Positions 23,004-36,866 of a stretch of DNA of 64,000 bases are shown here, piece after piece. Position 1 is the stretch's first letter. Each line of letters starts with the position of its first letter. Both the position numbers and the translations under genes were made by a program. Where the stretch lies: assembly GCA_015680685.1 (NCBI GenBank), contig MNCI01000690.1:184852-248851 (forward strand). Reading direction: 5' to 3'. Origin of the DNA: Gnetum montanum (lineage: Eukaryota; Plantae; Gnetophyta). The notes below the pieces were generated by a model. It was not told the origin of the DNA and made no database searches. It worked only from the letters and a program-made list of their open reading frames with translations.

Positions 23004-25300
23004 CATGAATGAGGCTACAGTATAGGAGTTGTTGTTGGCTCTTGGAGAGTTGGGCTTATTTAACACCAACTCTTTGCGGTCTATCATCTTCTGGAGGTCA
23101 TCCTTTAATGCTAGGAAAAAATCAGTATCATGAATAGCCATTTGATGATAATGATAATACCTATCTAGTCTGAAGTACTTTGGCAGCTTTAGATCATTTT
23201 TGGTAGCTCTCGTTGGGTCTCTAGCTATGTCACAAAGATAATCATGCCTTTTACGAGCCTCTTTAGATAGTTTCTTATGTTGTATATAGTCGTCTTCAAG
23301 TAATTGTTCTAGAAGCTCAGAGGGCTTCATAGGCAACCTAGTATATTGAGACCTATCCTTCCAAACAAATTTTGGTTTTGGTTGATTTGGAGCATAGGAA
23401 GTGGATGGTTGGGATGAGTCAGAAGATGTGTTGCATGATGGTGATTCCCACTTCTCTTCTTGTTTTGAGTTTTCTACTACTGTGGTCAAAGTTGTATGTT
23501 CTTGTTTGATTTTATTGCTATCCCTCCTTGCATGTTGATTTTTATAGGCCACATAGGTAGGATCATTGCCTACCTTAGTTGCCTCTTTGATGTTCTTAGT
23601 TTGCAAGAAGGCTTGGCTTAGTGATTGGGGCTCTAGATAGTAAATCTTTGACTTGATAAAGTTATTTATTGCTCCCTTGTAGATGGCTAAGAGGTGAGTT
23701 TCAACAATAGGCTCTAAAATCTCATTAAGTGTCAAGTTCCATCTCTAAATGAACCTTTTAACTAATTCAAGTGGCCCTTGCTTCAACTTCATCTCTAAAT
23801 GAACCTTTTAACTAGTTCAAGGTGGCATTTGGCTTCAAGTTGTATTTGAAGCAGTTGACAAATTGGTTAATCAAGTCCTCAAGGAAAGAGATAAAACCTT
23901 TAGGAAAGGTTCAGTACTAATCTAGAGCCTTATCCTTGAGAGACATGGGAAAAATCTGTAGTATCATATGAGGCTAAGCTTGCAAAAAGAGGCACTTAGA
24001 ATAGAAGGTAACTAGGTGTGCATTAGGATCCCCTTCACCATTGTATTTGGTAAAGTTTTAGTATTGACATGTTGACAGGTAAGGTCATTTGAGGCATAGT
24101 AGAACTTATAAGACCATCCTTGAAAAAGTCTAGAACCTTGACCATTTGAGTTTTACTAGCCTTAAGTTTTTGCAACTCTTTAGTAAGGTCTTGGATCATT
24201 TGAAAGGCTTTATTTAAGCCTTAGAGCATCCCTATGGGTTGCGGTGCTTGTATTGATGGTTGAGGAGGGAGTTGTGAAGCTTGAGGTTTTACAATTGATG
24301 TTGGCATAGAGGGAAGAGGTCGTGTGGCCACTGTTGCAGGTGAGCTAAATAAGGAAAAAGATGTTTAAGTTGAAACTTGTGGTATGAAGTGGATAAAAGG
24401 AGTATGAGAGGCTTGTGTTACTTGGGGTCCTAATGAGGGTCCTACCAGTATGACAAAGGGATATGGTAAGGTAGACATTACCAATGTTAGGTGAACAAAG
24501 TGAAGCTATGTGCTAAAGGACATCGATGAAACTAAGGAGGTGGATTGGGACATGGTTTGTGGTTGGTATGTGGCAATGATGGGTGTGGACACAAACACGG
24601 TAGGATGAAAAGAAGAAAAGTTGGACAAAGGGACTTATACCATTGATGAAGTAAGAGACATGGAGTTGGATGTAGTTGTTTGGGAAGTTGAAGACTAGAA
24701 AAGACTTCCAATGAAGGTTTCTAGCTCCTGTTTGGCCTCAAACTCATCTTCCTCTTCTTGATGATCCTTTGAGCTTATTCCCTCACTAAACTCATCAACC
24801 TCTATGAGTTTTATGAGCATTTGTGCATACAAGTCAGTGAGGGGGGTTTGGTCATAAGGAGATGGGATGCATTCTTTCCCATCCTAGTGTATGATTTCAA
24901 ATTGGTGCTTAGTGTCAAATTCAGAGTGTGGTATTAAGAGACTGACTTGTATCTTAGCATAGAGGGAGTTTTAGAATTCCTCATTAATGACCATGAAATT
25001 TGGGTTTTTGCCTCTTTGCCTAAGTCATTGTCTTTGTTCTATGACCGTAGGATGTTATGGATCATATACATGAATCACATCTTGGTTAGATTTCATATTT
25101 GTTAGGTTAAGGATTAGGACGGTTGATCGGTTGAAAGACATTGTTAAAAAATGTTGTTTTGACCTCTTACTATTTTTAGTAAAACTTTCAGCAAGTTGGA
25201 TTTCCCAACAGTGTAGTTGGCTATAAATGAAAGAAACTGTTAACATTGCTATGATAGTGTAAGTGGTGACAAGGGGTATACCTTGCACTTGAAAAAAAAA
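23004..25300 (-). mobile_element. Tat/Ogre-like Ty3/gypsy gag region, degenerate
   Basis: YNGEGDP.AH..F (~24040), Pro/Ser-rich linker, YHQMAIHDTDFFLALKDDLQKMID (Tat/Ogre-type knuckle). Confidence 0.75.
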
Positions 25301-25517
25301 TGTAGCAATTTTGTGTTAAAAAGCCCAACTATGTTGGCCTTGCCAATAGGAGCTACGTTGGAGAGGGGTAAAGGGGTAAGGTACTAACAATTATCCTACC
25401 CACTTATACTATATTAGGGGTTCCCCCTCTTGGTCAAAACAATGTTCTTTTTTTTATATATATAAAAAGTGGATTTTCCTAAAAAAAAATTTCATAGCAA
25501 GGGGGTTTGGATGGTTT

Positions 25518-25672
25518 GGGGATATAACATCTATGTTGGGGGTATGACATACATGCTAGGGGTATGACATCCATGTTAGGGGGCATGACACCCATGCTAG
25601 AGTGTATGAAAACCACACTAAGGGGTATGACACCCACAATGTCCAAGGGGAAGGGGGTTATGACATCCATTT
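25518..25672. repeat. Tandem minisatellite, unit about ggggtatgacacccatgctag (~7 copies)
   Basis: Seen directly; a further unit at ~25740. Confidence 0.85.
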
Positions 25673-27127
25673 GGGTTTAAAAAATCTAGCAACTGCTGTG
25701 AATTTTCTGCCAAAACCCAAATCGCCAGTAGCTACTACACTGGGTATGACACCCACGTTGGCTTTGCTATGAAATTTTCATAGCAAAGGGGTATAAGGTT
25801 TTGTAGAATACTAACAATGAACTTAAAATTTCTAGCAGCTACTAGGAAAATTTTCTAAATTCCAAATCACCTACAAACTCCATGCTAGGTTTTGGTGGTA
25901 GGGGGATGGATGGTAGCATTGGTTTTGGTAGAAAAAGATTTTAAAAGTTCAAAGGTATTTTATGCAATTTCAAAGGTTTTTTGGATGTTCCAGAAAATGT
26001 TGTTACAAGGGTAATTAGGATTGGATGTAGAACTTGGGTGAAGGCCCTCCTTTTAGTGTTGGAAAATTGTAAAACTTGAAAAATTTGGTTGTTGAAAAAT
26101 TAAAAATTCCAAGGGGAACAACTTAAACCTTGGACCCCAAGGACCTCTACAAAAATAGGATCTAAGATGTCCTATATGGTTTGATAGATCACCTAGGGAT
26201 TTAGAGAACTATAATGCCTAAAAATCTTAGTTGCTAAAAAAATTAAAAATTCTAGTGAAACAACTTTAATCCTAAATCCTAAGGGCCTTTATGAAAAATA
26301 GCATTTGAGGTGCTTGGGATGGTTTGGCAGGTCACCTAAGGACTTATGAAGTGTAAATAGGGGTAACAATGTAAAAATTTAATATAGATTTAAAAATAAT
26401 TGTACAAAATAGAAAAAAACAACAACAATGTTCTAGCTTGCACACAAAAAGAACTATAAACTTTATTTTGATAAAAATAAAGAGGGTTCAGAGAATGTGT
26501 ACAAGATGTACCTAAGAAAATAGGGGTTTCACTTTGATGGGGGTTTAGAGTTTGTTAAAATTGGTGGTTTTGAATGCCACAGTCAGCTCTATGATCTAGA
26601 GATTCCACAATGCCCAATGTTATCAAACCTTACTGCACTCCTTACTAGATTAGATACATTGGTGATGTAGGGGGCTAAGATGTGTGGGGGCTTTGGGCTA
26701 CCAAGAAGATCCATGCTGGGAGTCTTGATGCCTAGGTTTACTTAGTGTTGGTTTCAAAGTTCATACAATCTTGGGGGTGGTGGGGGGGTGTGTAATGCTA
26801 AAAATTGCTTCAAAAGCTTTGTGGTTGCCAAGGATTCTCAAAGCTATGGAATTTAAAAAATGAGGGAACCCTTTCATGGTGCACAAGTTTGGGTTATGTA
26901 GGTTTTATGGCCATGAATTTTGTTACAAATTGTTTGCCTAATTGCTGATAGATTGATGTTATAGGAAGGTGTTGCAGTTGTTCAAATCTAGCATGGTTAC
27001 TATGTATGATAACTTTTAATACCCCCATGGCATCAAAACCATTCTTTTTACCAAAATAGTAAATAGGAATTTTACCCATACTAGATTCTTCCACCGACGC
27101 TAGCCTTCCAAAAGCAACATCAAGCCT

Positions 27128-27225
27128 AGGATTATAACACCCATGCTGGGGGTATAACACCCATGTTGGGGATATGACATGCTAGGGGTATGACATCCAC
27201 ACTAGGGTATAGCACCCACATTGGA
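27128..27225. repeat. Second array of the same 21-22 bp unit (~4-5 copies)
   Basis: ggggtataacacccatgttggggatatgacat... Confidence 0.8.
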
Positions 27226-27949
27226 GTTGTAGGAGCCACGTTGGAGTAATATTGTCATTTGGTTTTCTTTTTATTTTTAATTTGTTACTTCATCACATAG
27301 TGAATCTTTGTCAAAGTGCTCCCATGCTTTTACAACCTGGAATTTTTTGATCAATGTGGAGTCAAGCACTTGCATAATGAACAAAGCTTAGTTTGATTCT
27401 TTTGAAAAAAAGTTCTAATTTTATTTTATTAAATTTTCAACATAATATCTCATTAATAAATTTATTTATTAAATTTAGAAATTATAACTAGATTAATTTA
27501 ATTCCTTTAGATGGATTCATGTAGTTGTATGGAGTTATTCAAAATAGTGCTTAACCATCGAGGATGTGATTGAGAAGAGTTTATCACTTCTACATGTTGG
27601 TGTCATATTTGTTTCATAAGGGATTATAGAATGATTTTCATGTGTTATATTCCATGTTATGCCTTTCCTATACGTGATTTGAATGAGTTTTAGTTATCAT
27701 TTTATTATTTATATTTATAAAATACATAAAAATTATAAAATTATAAAAATTATAAAAGTATAATTTCCCTACAATGACAACACAAGTTTTTTTTACTTGT
27801 ATTATGTGTATTATAATATTTTCATTTTTTAACATAATGATATACACAAGTAAAATTTGCAATTCACATTCTTGTTATGTTTAGTGTTTATGATTGGTTC
27901 ACTATGTGTAGCATTGATAGACCTCTTATGATATTATGGACCTCTTAAG

Positions 27950-30900
27950 GTAGTAGCATCTTTCTAGGTAGCTAGATCCATATGGATATTATGTCCAAAA
28001 ACTTGTCTTTCCTAATGATGCAACTACTCCAATGCATTTTTCCATTACTAGTATTCATTGGAGCATTATAGACCTATCACTCCTAGAGCTAAATCATACT
28101 CCTATGCTTCTCATCCATCCCACATGCATCCTTAGTGATCATATACTCCTCTTCCTTTAACATCACCTCCACATATTCAAAGTAAGATACCATCATAACC
28201 ATAACAAAAGAATGCCACAAGAGTCATTAACATGTAGGTGGATGACAATTCATGTGGTTCTAAGTAAATTCCTTAGGAGAGCCAATTCTTTAGACTTATT
28301 AGTCTATCAAAATTAATGCAAGAATTAATGGCCATGAACTCTACTTCAATTCCAACATCCTCTAATCCCTTAAATGATCCACCTTCAAACCAAACTTTAA
28401 ATATAAAGGCTATCCTACTAATCCATTTTGTAATAGATTTCATACAAGCATGTGCTCTTCTAGGAAAGAAAAAAAATCATGGGATTCTTCTAATTTATTT
28501 GTAGATTATTAGAAATACATCATGTAAAGCTTTGTTAGATTTAGATTCTAGTATGAAATAAATTTCTTAAGAACCATACAAGGTATGGAACTTGCCTTTA
28601 CTTAAGAAATTTTGTATTAGGTTAGATCTGGCAAATCAATCAATCAAAGTTCTACTTGGATAGGTTGACAATGTCATAATCACCATTGATTAGTGGTCTT
28701 ATCTAGTAGATTTTCTTTCAATAAATGTGAAAAATAATAAGAGGGATTTTTCTATCATCATAAGAAGAGAATGGCTTAGCATAATTAATGCTAATTTAGG
28801 AATCTAAGACCTCTCTTTAAAGATTATCAATAAGAATGAACATGACATAGTAAATGGACACAAAATTTCATGTCTTACTTATGAGGATTCAAGATTTAGT
28901 TCTAGGTTGAAAGCTTAGAGTCTTAACATAATCCCTATACCATCCCTTAATAGAATTAAAAAATAAAAGTGTATGCAATACCATGTCTACAAAAATGTCA
29001 CTAAATCAAAATACACCTAGTGGCTAGAAAATGAAACTACCAAACTATCTAGGATATCAATCAAAACATCCAATCTACTTATCAACTTTTATTCTAAGAA
29101 AATGAACGAAATACAAAACTTATAGAAGAACATCCTACACACTAACCATACATCAAAAGAAAATAATAATAATGAAGATCTAGATACTAAAATAGAAAAA
29201 CAAAAGAAAACATATTAAGGCCTTTAAAAATAGAAATACCTTTTAGTACAACAAGATATATGTCTTTAAATGATTAAAACTTGACTATCATCAATATTAA
29301 ATGAAATAATAAATGAAAATGTAGATCATTAAAAATGATATATAGGAAAATTATAATGTATAAACCATGAAATATATGGTCCTTTTTACAAACACTCATC
29401 CATGAGGGAGGAACATCATCTTGAATTAGGAACTGATGAATGAATTTAATACTTTTTTCTAAGTTCTTCTATTTCTTTACTATTTTACTAATTTTTAAAT
29501 ACATTTTATATTTCTTTATATTTTTCAATGTTGATCCTTATCACAATTAATACTAAAAGTAATTCATGATTACCAAACCTTGAAGGATGGAGAAAGGGGT
29601 AAGGGGGTTGGATAAGGTTGTGACATTAAGGACATTTGCTGATTTCTTAGACTTTCACCTTAGGTCTCATTCATTTAATGTTGACACACTACCCCTTATG
29701 TTTTTCATTACTATTGGAAAATAATATTTGAAAATAATTTCTTTCTTATTATGTAATTGGAAAGGCATGTGACCTATATTTAAATGCATTTCTATGACAA
29801 GGATAATAAATTGAATACTTAATTAAATGATAAAGAAACCATTCTTAGGATACCACTAGAAAGACATGTGATCCATGCTTAAAGATAGGCTACTTCCAAG
29901 AATTTTATGGTTCCTTGAAATAGTTTCATTATATGACTAGAAAGACATTTAACCCATGCCTAAATGTATACTTTGAAAGAATTAGCATTGATTATAAGAT
30001 TAGAAAGGCATGTGATCCATGCCAAAAGATGCTTCTTTAACTAATGATCAAGGTTCATTACATAACCTTTAGTGCTCAATTAATTATTTTTAATAATTCT
30101 AATGCATGTTTCTTAAAATCTTATTTTTGAAGCATTTTTGTTCAATATGGTGACCAATTTGTCTCATGATGATGTGCCTAGAATAACACAATGCAATGTC
30201 ATTGCAAGAGGAATGAACTTGGTTTGAAATCCTAATGAATATGTATGCTTATTTTTTAAAATCATGCTCTACATGAAAGATCCATGATAACTGTGGTATA
30301 GTATCTCATGTTTTGCTTTTGCTATCATTTCTAGCTCCACTTTACCTCATTGCAATGTAAAATTATGAATTTAATGGTTTTTATTTATTATAGTGTAGGA
30401 TTCTAATAATGATAGTTACGTGTATGTTGAAACAAGTGTGTGATCAACATTTAATTTTCTGGATGTCCATGGACACTTCGTAAGATGGTTATACAATGGC
30501 ATTTTAGACATAAATCTATTTTGAAAAGGATCCACTTGTATAAGTCTTAGTGATCATATCTAGGAACCAATTCTACACTTTCTTGAACATCATGAAGTTG
30601 CTACTTTATCTTCATGCATTATTACAATGTGATTCTCCTTAATGTTATTTAGTTATGAGCTCAAAACTTGAAATCATATCAAATTCATCATTTCAACCTA
30701 AATAATTTCAAACCCTCATAATGAGCCTATTCATCTCTTCTATTGCTTAAAAATTTCCAAATAATCCAATTCTAGCTTATGAAATCTTTAAAATCCTTTA
30801 TAAAATAAAATCTAAAAAATGACCTAAATACTTGCATGGATGTGGTTATGTCAATGCAATAGGCTTAGTTGACTCTACTTCATCGATGCATGAGTGTCAA

Positions 30901-32789
30901 TGCTATATAAAAATCCTATATATATGTAGTAACCATTGGTCATTTTCTCACCATTTTTCTTCCAAATAAGAGAAGATGTTACCATATTCTTTATCTTTAA
31001 ACCTTTAAATATGATTTCTTGTAGTTTTAACCTATGTTTAATTCCATTAAAAATTTGTGAGCCTCCAGTATAAAGCTTTATATCATAAAGGTAGCTAGAC
31101 CATGATTTAAGAAATTTATGAACAACTTGATTTTTGAACACATAAGATAATTGAACATAAAAAATAACTAAAAATAAATAATATTAAGATATTTTAGTTA
31201 CTTGGAGATCTCTAAAATAGTAAAATGCATTTACCTAAGAAATTAAGGATTTAAATTTTTTGAAATTGAGCTAATAACTAGGATTTATTAAGGATTAACT
31301 CATTATAAAATAATTTAGAATCTAACAATTGGTCTTGAAGGTAATTTTAGATGATACCAAAATATGTTTTATAGGAATAAGGCCCATCACAACTATGGGA
31401 GAAGAGACCAAGGGATGAACATTGTAGAGGATGTGATTAGAAGTACTCACAATAAGAATCACATGCAAATGGGCTCATAAGGAAAGAGCCTAAAGTTGAA
31501 TCCATCAAGTAAATTCCCACAATTCAAATTGGACAATCTACATAAGGAGAGGTACCTTAACTAAGATCAAATCTTGAGGTGATGCTTTTAGGTGCATGCT
31601 TGATGAGGATCAAGATAAAAAAGGTTTATATTATAGGCTTGTTAAAGCCCAATATTGGGTTATTTTTGGAGTCTACTCCCTAGAAGGTATATAAACAATT
31701 GCAAGTCTCTTATCGTTGGCCCATCATCTAAACCAATGGGGCATGTTACTTGAGTAAAACTAGTCTATTTTGGAATAATTATAAGAAGGATGCAAATGTC
31801 AAGATAAAAAAATATAATGATATCCTACTCCCTAAATGTCATTGTAAAGGCCCTAGGAATTCCAAATTCAGAGACTCAAGTTGCTAAGATCTTTATCAAT
31901 TTTAATGTAAAAATGAAGAAGAAATGAGTGTAAAGAGTATATGATGTGGATAAGAACATGGCTTCTTGATATAGATAGAGAAAGTATAATTTAAATTTGT
32001 AGTGTACCAGACTAATTCAATAGTACAATTTAGTAAATTCACTTTCTTCTTTGTTAGGGCACGTACAATTCTTAGTGAAAAGCTTCTTGTTAACCAACCT
32101 TAGCTAATTTTTATTAAGATCAAGAAAAAATTAAAGGAGAATGAAGGAGGTAGGAAGAAACTTTCTTTACCATGTTTGATCAAGAGATTTTACCAAAGAG
32201 GAGGGATCACTTGCTATACAAATGACAGAACTAAAAGAGCTTCAATGACTTCACAAAATGAGTTGATGTAGGTGAAGCTAGTTCTTTAAATCTAAGAAGA
32301 GTTAGCATTAATAATTAATACTGGAGTAGTAGCAACATCAAGTTCTATTGTAGTTACCATAATCCAAGAAACTAGAACCATAGGTACTAATGTGAGTTCA
32401 AGTACATCAAGCGTAAGCTAGCAAGTACCTATGAGAATTACTAGCAACTATCACCTTGCTATGAATCATTTGCAGGATATGTCAAGGATTGTTGTTAGCA
32501 TGTAACAAAAGAACTTGATTAACCTATTTAAGACTATTAGAATGAGTGCTTCTACTTTCATAAATCTTATATGAGATGTTGCTATTATTCTATTAAAAAA
32601 GATCCTAAAATCTTTGGTAAAGTAGCAAACATCTTAGTCATGTTAGATTAAGAAGGTAAAAAAATTATGATAATCATGACATAAAAAGGGAAAGAAATTG
32701 CTACAAAGGTGGTAGATAAAATTGGTGACGCATTGAAAGTCTCTTGAGCATTAATCTTAGACTTTGTTTCCATTTTAGATATTCAATTA
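27950..32789 (+). mobile_element. Highly decayed Athila-like internal region (gag tail, protease, no RT/INT, 3' region, extra-ORF remnant)
   Basis: Protease remnant ~28400-28880 (KALLDLDSSM, LDLANQSI, DFSIIIRREWL); 31351-31580 resembles the start of the extra ORF in the 13-kb copy. Confidence 0.65.
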
Positions 32790-32894
32790 TGATGAACATT
32801 AAATAAATTAAGTGCAACATTATACCTACTATATTGTAGCTATGATATCATAGATGTGATGTATTTAGGATTAATAATGCCTATAAATACCAAC
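32790..32894 (+). repeat. 5' part of an old Athila-like LTR, split by the 13.1-kb insertion
   Basis: tgatg start and ctataaata TATA; continues at 46029. Confidence 0.55.
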
Positions 32895-33817
32895 TGATGA
32901 GTGGCGAGTATACCCTACAGCCAACCATATGAATTACAAGTGTTCACATGTAATTTGGTCAACTTCTGTAGATCTTAAGTCTCCATGTATACTAGTTCTA
33001 GGAAATGAAATCTAATTGTGATGGTCATTGTCATCCCAACTACACTTGTGGAGCTTAGTTGTATGGTTAAGTGTAATCTAGGCACATGATTTTTATTATT
33101 TTATATTTTATTCACCTATGATTAATAACAAGTTGAAACTTAATTTATGAACCAATTTAACTAATCTAATTACTAATTAATAATTAACTATACTAACATA
33201 AGCATTTGGTCCCACTTTTGTACACATCTTGAATGCATACAACACTGCTAGGTTACTAAGTGTTAAATGTTGCTGGGATTAGCAAGCACTGTATGTTATG
33301 CTTGAAGCAGTTGTACCTATGTGTTGAATCTATTTGGCTTAATTAATTAATCAATCAAAGTATAGTTTATCTTAATTAATTACATAATTAATGAAAGTAG
33401 TAAATGCTAAAATAAATCATTAATCTATTCCAAGTGCTACAAGGTTTGATCAAAATGCTCATCTTTATTATTGTTCACACTGGTGTGCTCAAGTACATCA
33501 ATGCTCGAATAAAGATTTGTACACTTTCTGACTTCTACTGTGGGCACTTAGGAAAATACTCAAACTTTCAAATGATAAAACTATAAGAGCTTAGCTACAA
33601 ATATGATAAGATACCCCATAAACATGATTGTTAAGCATGTATTTATAGACTTTATTGTGGCACTACGTTGATGGGGCATTGTAAGCATAGCAAATGCTAT
33701 GTCGACATGGCCCTATCAATAGGGAAACACCATGTAAATAGGGCCATGTTGATGGGGACTTATTAATGAGGCCACGTCGAAGATAGTCCATTGATTCAAC
33801 ACTTTGATGCTTCATCA
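32895..33817 (-). repeat. 3' LTR
   Basis: Collinear with 45127-46023; adjacent sequence matches the PPT region of the 16-23 kb element. Confidence 0.9.
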
Positions 33818-33999
33818 TACTTCCATGATTGAATGAAAACTCATCCTCGAGTTCTTTTACAAAATTGAAAAGGTATGGGATTATGAACTCACTCTTGACA
33901 TAGCAAACTGACATAACAAGACTGAGTGCTTAACTCTATAGATCAACATCATTACAAAACTTTTTGGTGTTCAGGACACAAAATTGAAAACCAAGACAT

Positions 34000-36866
34000 G
34001 ATTGCTCAAACCGGACAACACATCCTCTAATGGTAGGAAGATGGTTGAGAAGATCAAATAGTCCCAGGCGGTGGAGGATCCTGAGGTTTTGAAGGACCTT
34101 CACCAACTTTGGGTGTGCACAGTGCCTATCCTACTATTACTGCTACCTCCAAAGGCATCCAATAATGTCTTCATCTACTCCTCCTTGCTTCCAAGATCAT
34201 TTATAGCCCATGTAGCATCACCAATGTGGGCTAGAATGGGGATATCCCATGGACAGGGCATTACTAGAAATAGCTCCTTGATGTTCACAAACCAAGAAAT
34301 GAATTATTTGTAGTCAACATTGAATGCATTTACTGCATTTTTTAGCTCTTGGTAGTCATTCATTCTTTTGGTTAGGCTCTTGGTAGTAGATCTATAATCA
34401 ATGTATTTACTATTGAGAACCTCAAGTTCAATGTTTTCCACCATAAGCTTTTGCTTGGTATCCTTATGGTGGTTGAACTTGGCCTCATATAGTAAGTATG
34501 AATTGGCCACTTACTTTTTTAGTTTTGACTATGGTCATCCAGTAATCAACATAGCCAAGTTTGTATACCAGAGATTGGCAAGATTCATATATTTAGTTAA
34601 TTTCCTCTATCTACAACTCCTTCAAGTGAATTTCTACTTTATTGTACTAATCAATCCTATCAATGATGGGCTACCATAATTCACGTCCTTGTTGGAGTTA
34701 CTGGAGGGTTTTGTTCACCTTTGTCTTTGCTACTTGAATATGTTTCTCATTTACATCTTTTTGTAGGCTACCTTGGTCTCTGTAGTGATCCTTGACTCTC
34801 TCAAATTTGAGAGCCTTTGATTTCTAGGCAGCTAACTCTATTGAACTATTTTGATGACGGATATGGACCTCCTCCATGGAGAGGTTTTTATTTTCAACTA
34901 GTAATCTCATTAACTTTGTGTTTTCTCTAGTTAGTTGCTCTTGTTTTTTATGGATAAAATTAGTTAACTACTATTTATATGCCTCAACATTTCATAGTCA
35001 ATGATTTTTTATGGTTAGCTATACATTCTCTTGGTAGGTTAGATCTCAGGCCTTCTAAATTTTATGCTAGGTGGCCTCTACCAAGGATCAATAAAACACT
35101 GTCATCTCCATTGAACCCTCAACCCCTTTCAACATAGTGTGAAGTTGTTGAAGAGCTTCATCTCATGTTAATGCTAGGTTGAGAAATGCAAGGTTGGCAA
35201 TGTGGACTCTCAATTTAGCAACTTTAGTAGCTAAGCATTCATTCATCTCCTTGGCTATTTTGAGTTGCCTTTCAAAAATAATGTTCTTTCCCCTTGCCTC
35301 TAGAAGCTTTGATTGGATTGTAGTAATACTATTTAGACAATCAAATACATCTAGAAGTGATTGATCAGTTCCTACTAGTTGGTCCAACAGTTGTTCATTC
35401 TATGCTATGCTTACTCTATCGCTTATGGTTCTTGCCAATGTTTGTACATTTTTAGGTGTAGTGATATCTGGTACAAACATTGTAGGTACATTAAATGTTT
35501 CAAAAATTCTGTCAGCAACCATCTCTGCTATTGTTTCTTATTCTTGGTGTTTCATCACTAGTAGTATTGCCCCCTTACCTTCCTCCAAGTGCATTGAGAA
35601 GGTCATGGTGTTCCCAAAAATATCTGGGAGTTTTTGTTTTTTTGAGAGAGATATTGTTACCTCTATGAACTAGGATTCAATCTCATAAAAAACTATGGTC
35701 ATTGGGTAGAGAAAATGGATCCACCTCCCCCCATTAGGCTGACTATTTGGGCCACCTCATTTAGGTGACTCATTGCTGATCAATATACTGATGGATCTTC
35801 ACCACTCATGCTTTCTCGTTGCTCTTGCTTGCTCAAGAGCCATTCTTGGTATTTGCACAACCATTAGGATATTGCAATAATTTTTGACATAATTTTCTAA
35901 GTGATAGGTGGAGGTGGTGGTTGTTGCTCCTGTTCTTGGATTATGGTTGCAAGCATTCTTTCCTTCATCATCTCCACCCACTTAGTGATCAGAGTGTGTT
36001 GGACAACATTGTTAGTGTAGTGGACTATTCCTCCCCTTTAACATAGTTTTTTGATGAGTCATGAGTGCCTTCCTTCCATGTTCATTCTCCTAAAATCACT
36101 TTTCTATCTCTAGATATAATAGCTGTGGAAGGTTGATGGGGAATCTCCCACTTAGAGTAGCACATGCACAAGCAGAAAAGATAGTGATCTTGTTGGGCCT
36201 CACTATGGGATTTAAGTGAAAGGTTGCAATCTTGTAGTGGATTATTTCTATTAGTTTAAGTGCATCGTACTCCTTATAGTCCATACCATAGCACCACTAA
36301 ATCCATTCCTTTTGATATTGAGGTCCACCTATATCAAAGTCTTGGTGAGATTCGCCCAAGTTTCAGGCAACCCAAGTGCCTCTCTAATGTCTTGCACCAA
36401 GTAGAAAACTGAAATGTCCTTGATTTTGATCATTGAATTTGCCTACCTATTTTTCCAAAATAGGAATGTCTCTCCCATATACCACTTCCCACTGGAAGTG
36501 ATAATTGGCCACATGGGAGAGGTGTTCAGTTGGTTTTGTACCTCTTTAGGTGCTTGCTCTAAGAAAGAGCCAAAGTTTAACTCCTGGAGCACTATTTTCT
36601 AAATCTCCCTTGATATGATTTGGCTTAGGTAGGGTTCCATCAAAGTCACCTCAATGTTTGTTTGTTGAGCTTGTGTCTTATCTTGGTGGAAAAGTTTTGT
36701 TGCTACCACATGTTCTAGAATCTGACAAATAGATTCCACTTTGGCATCTTCCCTAAGAGGTCCAGTGGCATGTGTTGCAATTGGTTCTTCTTGGGCCTAT
36801 TCTTGGCTATTTCTCCCTTGGTTAAGATGGTCTTTCTTCTTGCATGTGTTTGTCTTTTGGTGCAAT
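34000..36866 (-). pseudogene. Extra (env-position) ORF downstream of pol, ~900 codons, disrupted
   Basis: (M)APKR-like start, LQELNFGSFLE..IKIKDISVFYL..DIREALGLP, then a long coiled-coil-like region (35400-34300); homologs at 59670-60300 and 31351-31580. Confidence 0.65.

Larger units (their letters stand above)
25301..27250 (-). repeat. Probable long LTR/leader of the Tat/Ogre-like element, containing 21-22 bp tandem repeats
   Basis: Lies upstream of gag; ~26040-27100 resembles ~60320-61150, which lies downstream of a Tat-like integrase; exact ends uncertain. Confidence 0.5.

Noticed and set aside
23738-23840. ~50-bp tandem duplication in gag
   Set aside because: Ordinary slippage in a dead element
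27230-27252. tRNA-Lys-type PBS on the minus strand (ctccaacgtggctcc)
   Set aside because: Lacks the TGG start, recurs at ~25350 and has no verifiable adjacent LTR end
29758-30025. CRISPR-like repeat-spacer array
   Set aside because: Eukaryotic retrotransposon context, irregular spacing, divergent repeats and no cas genes
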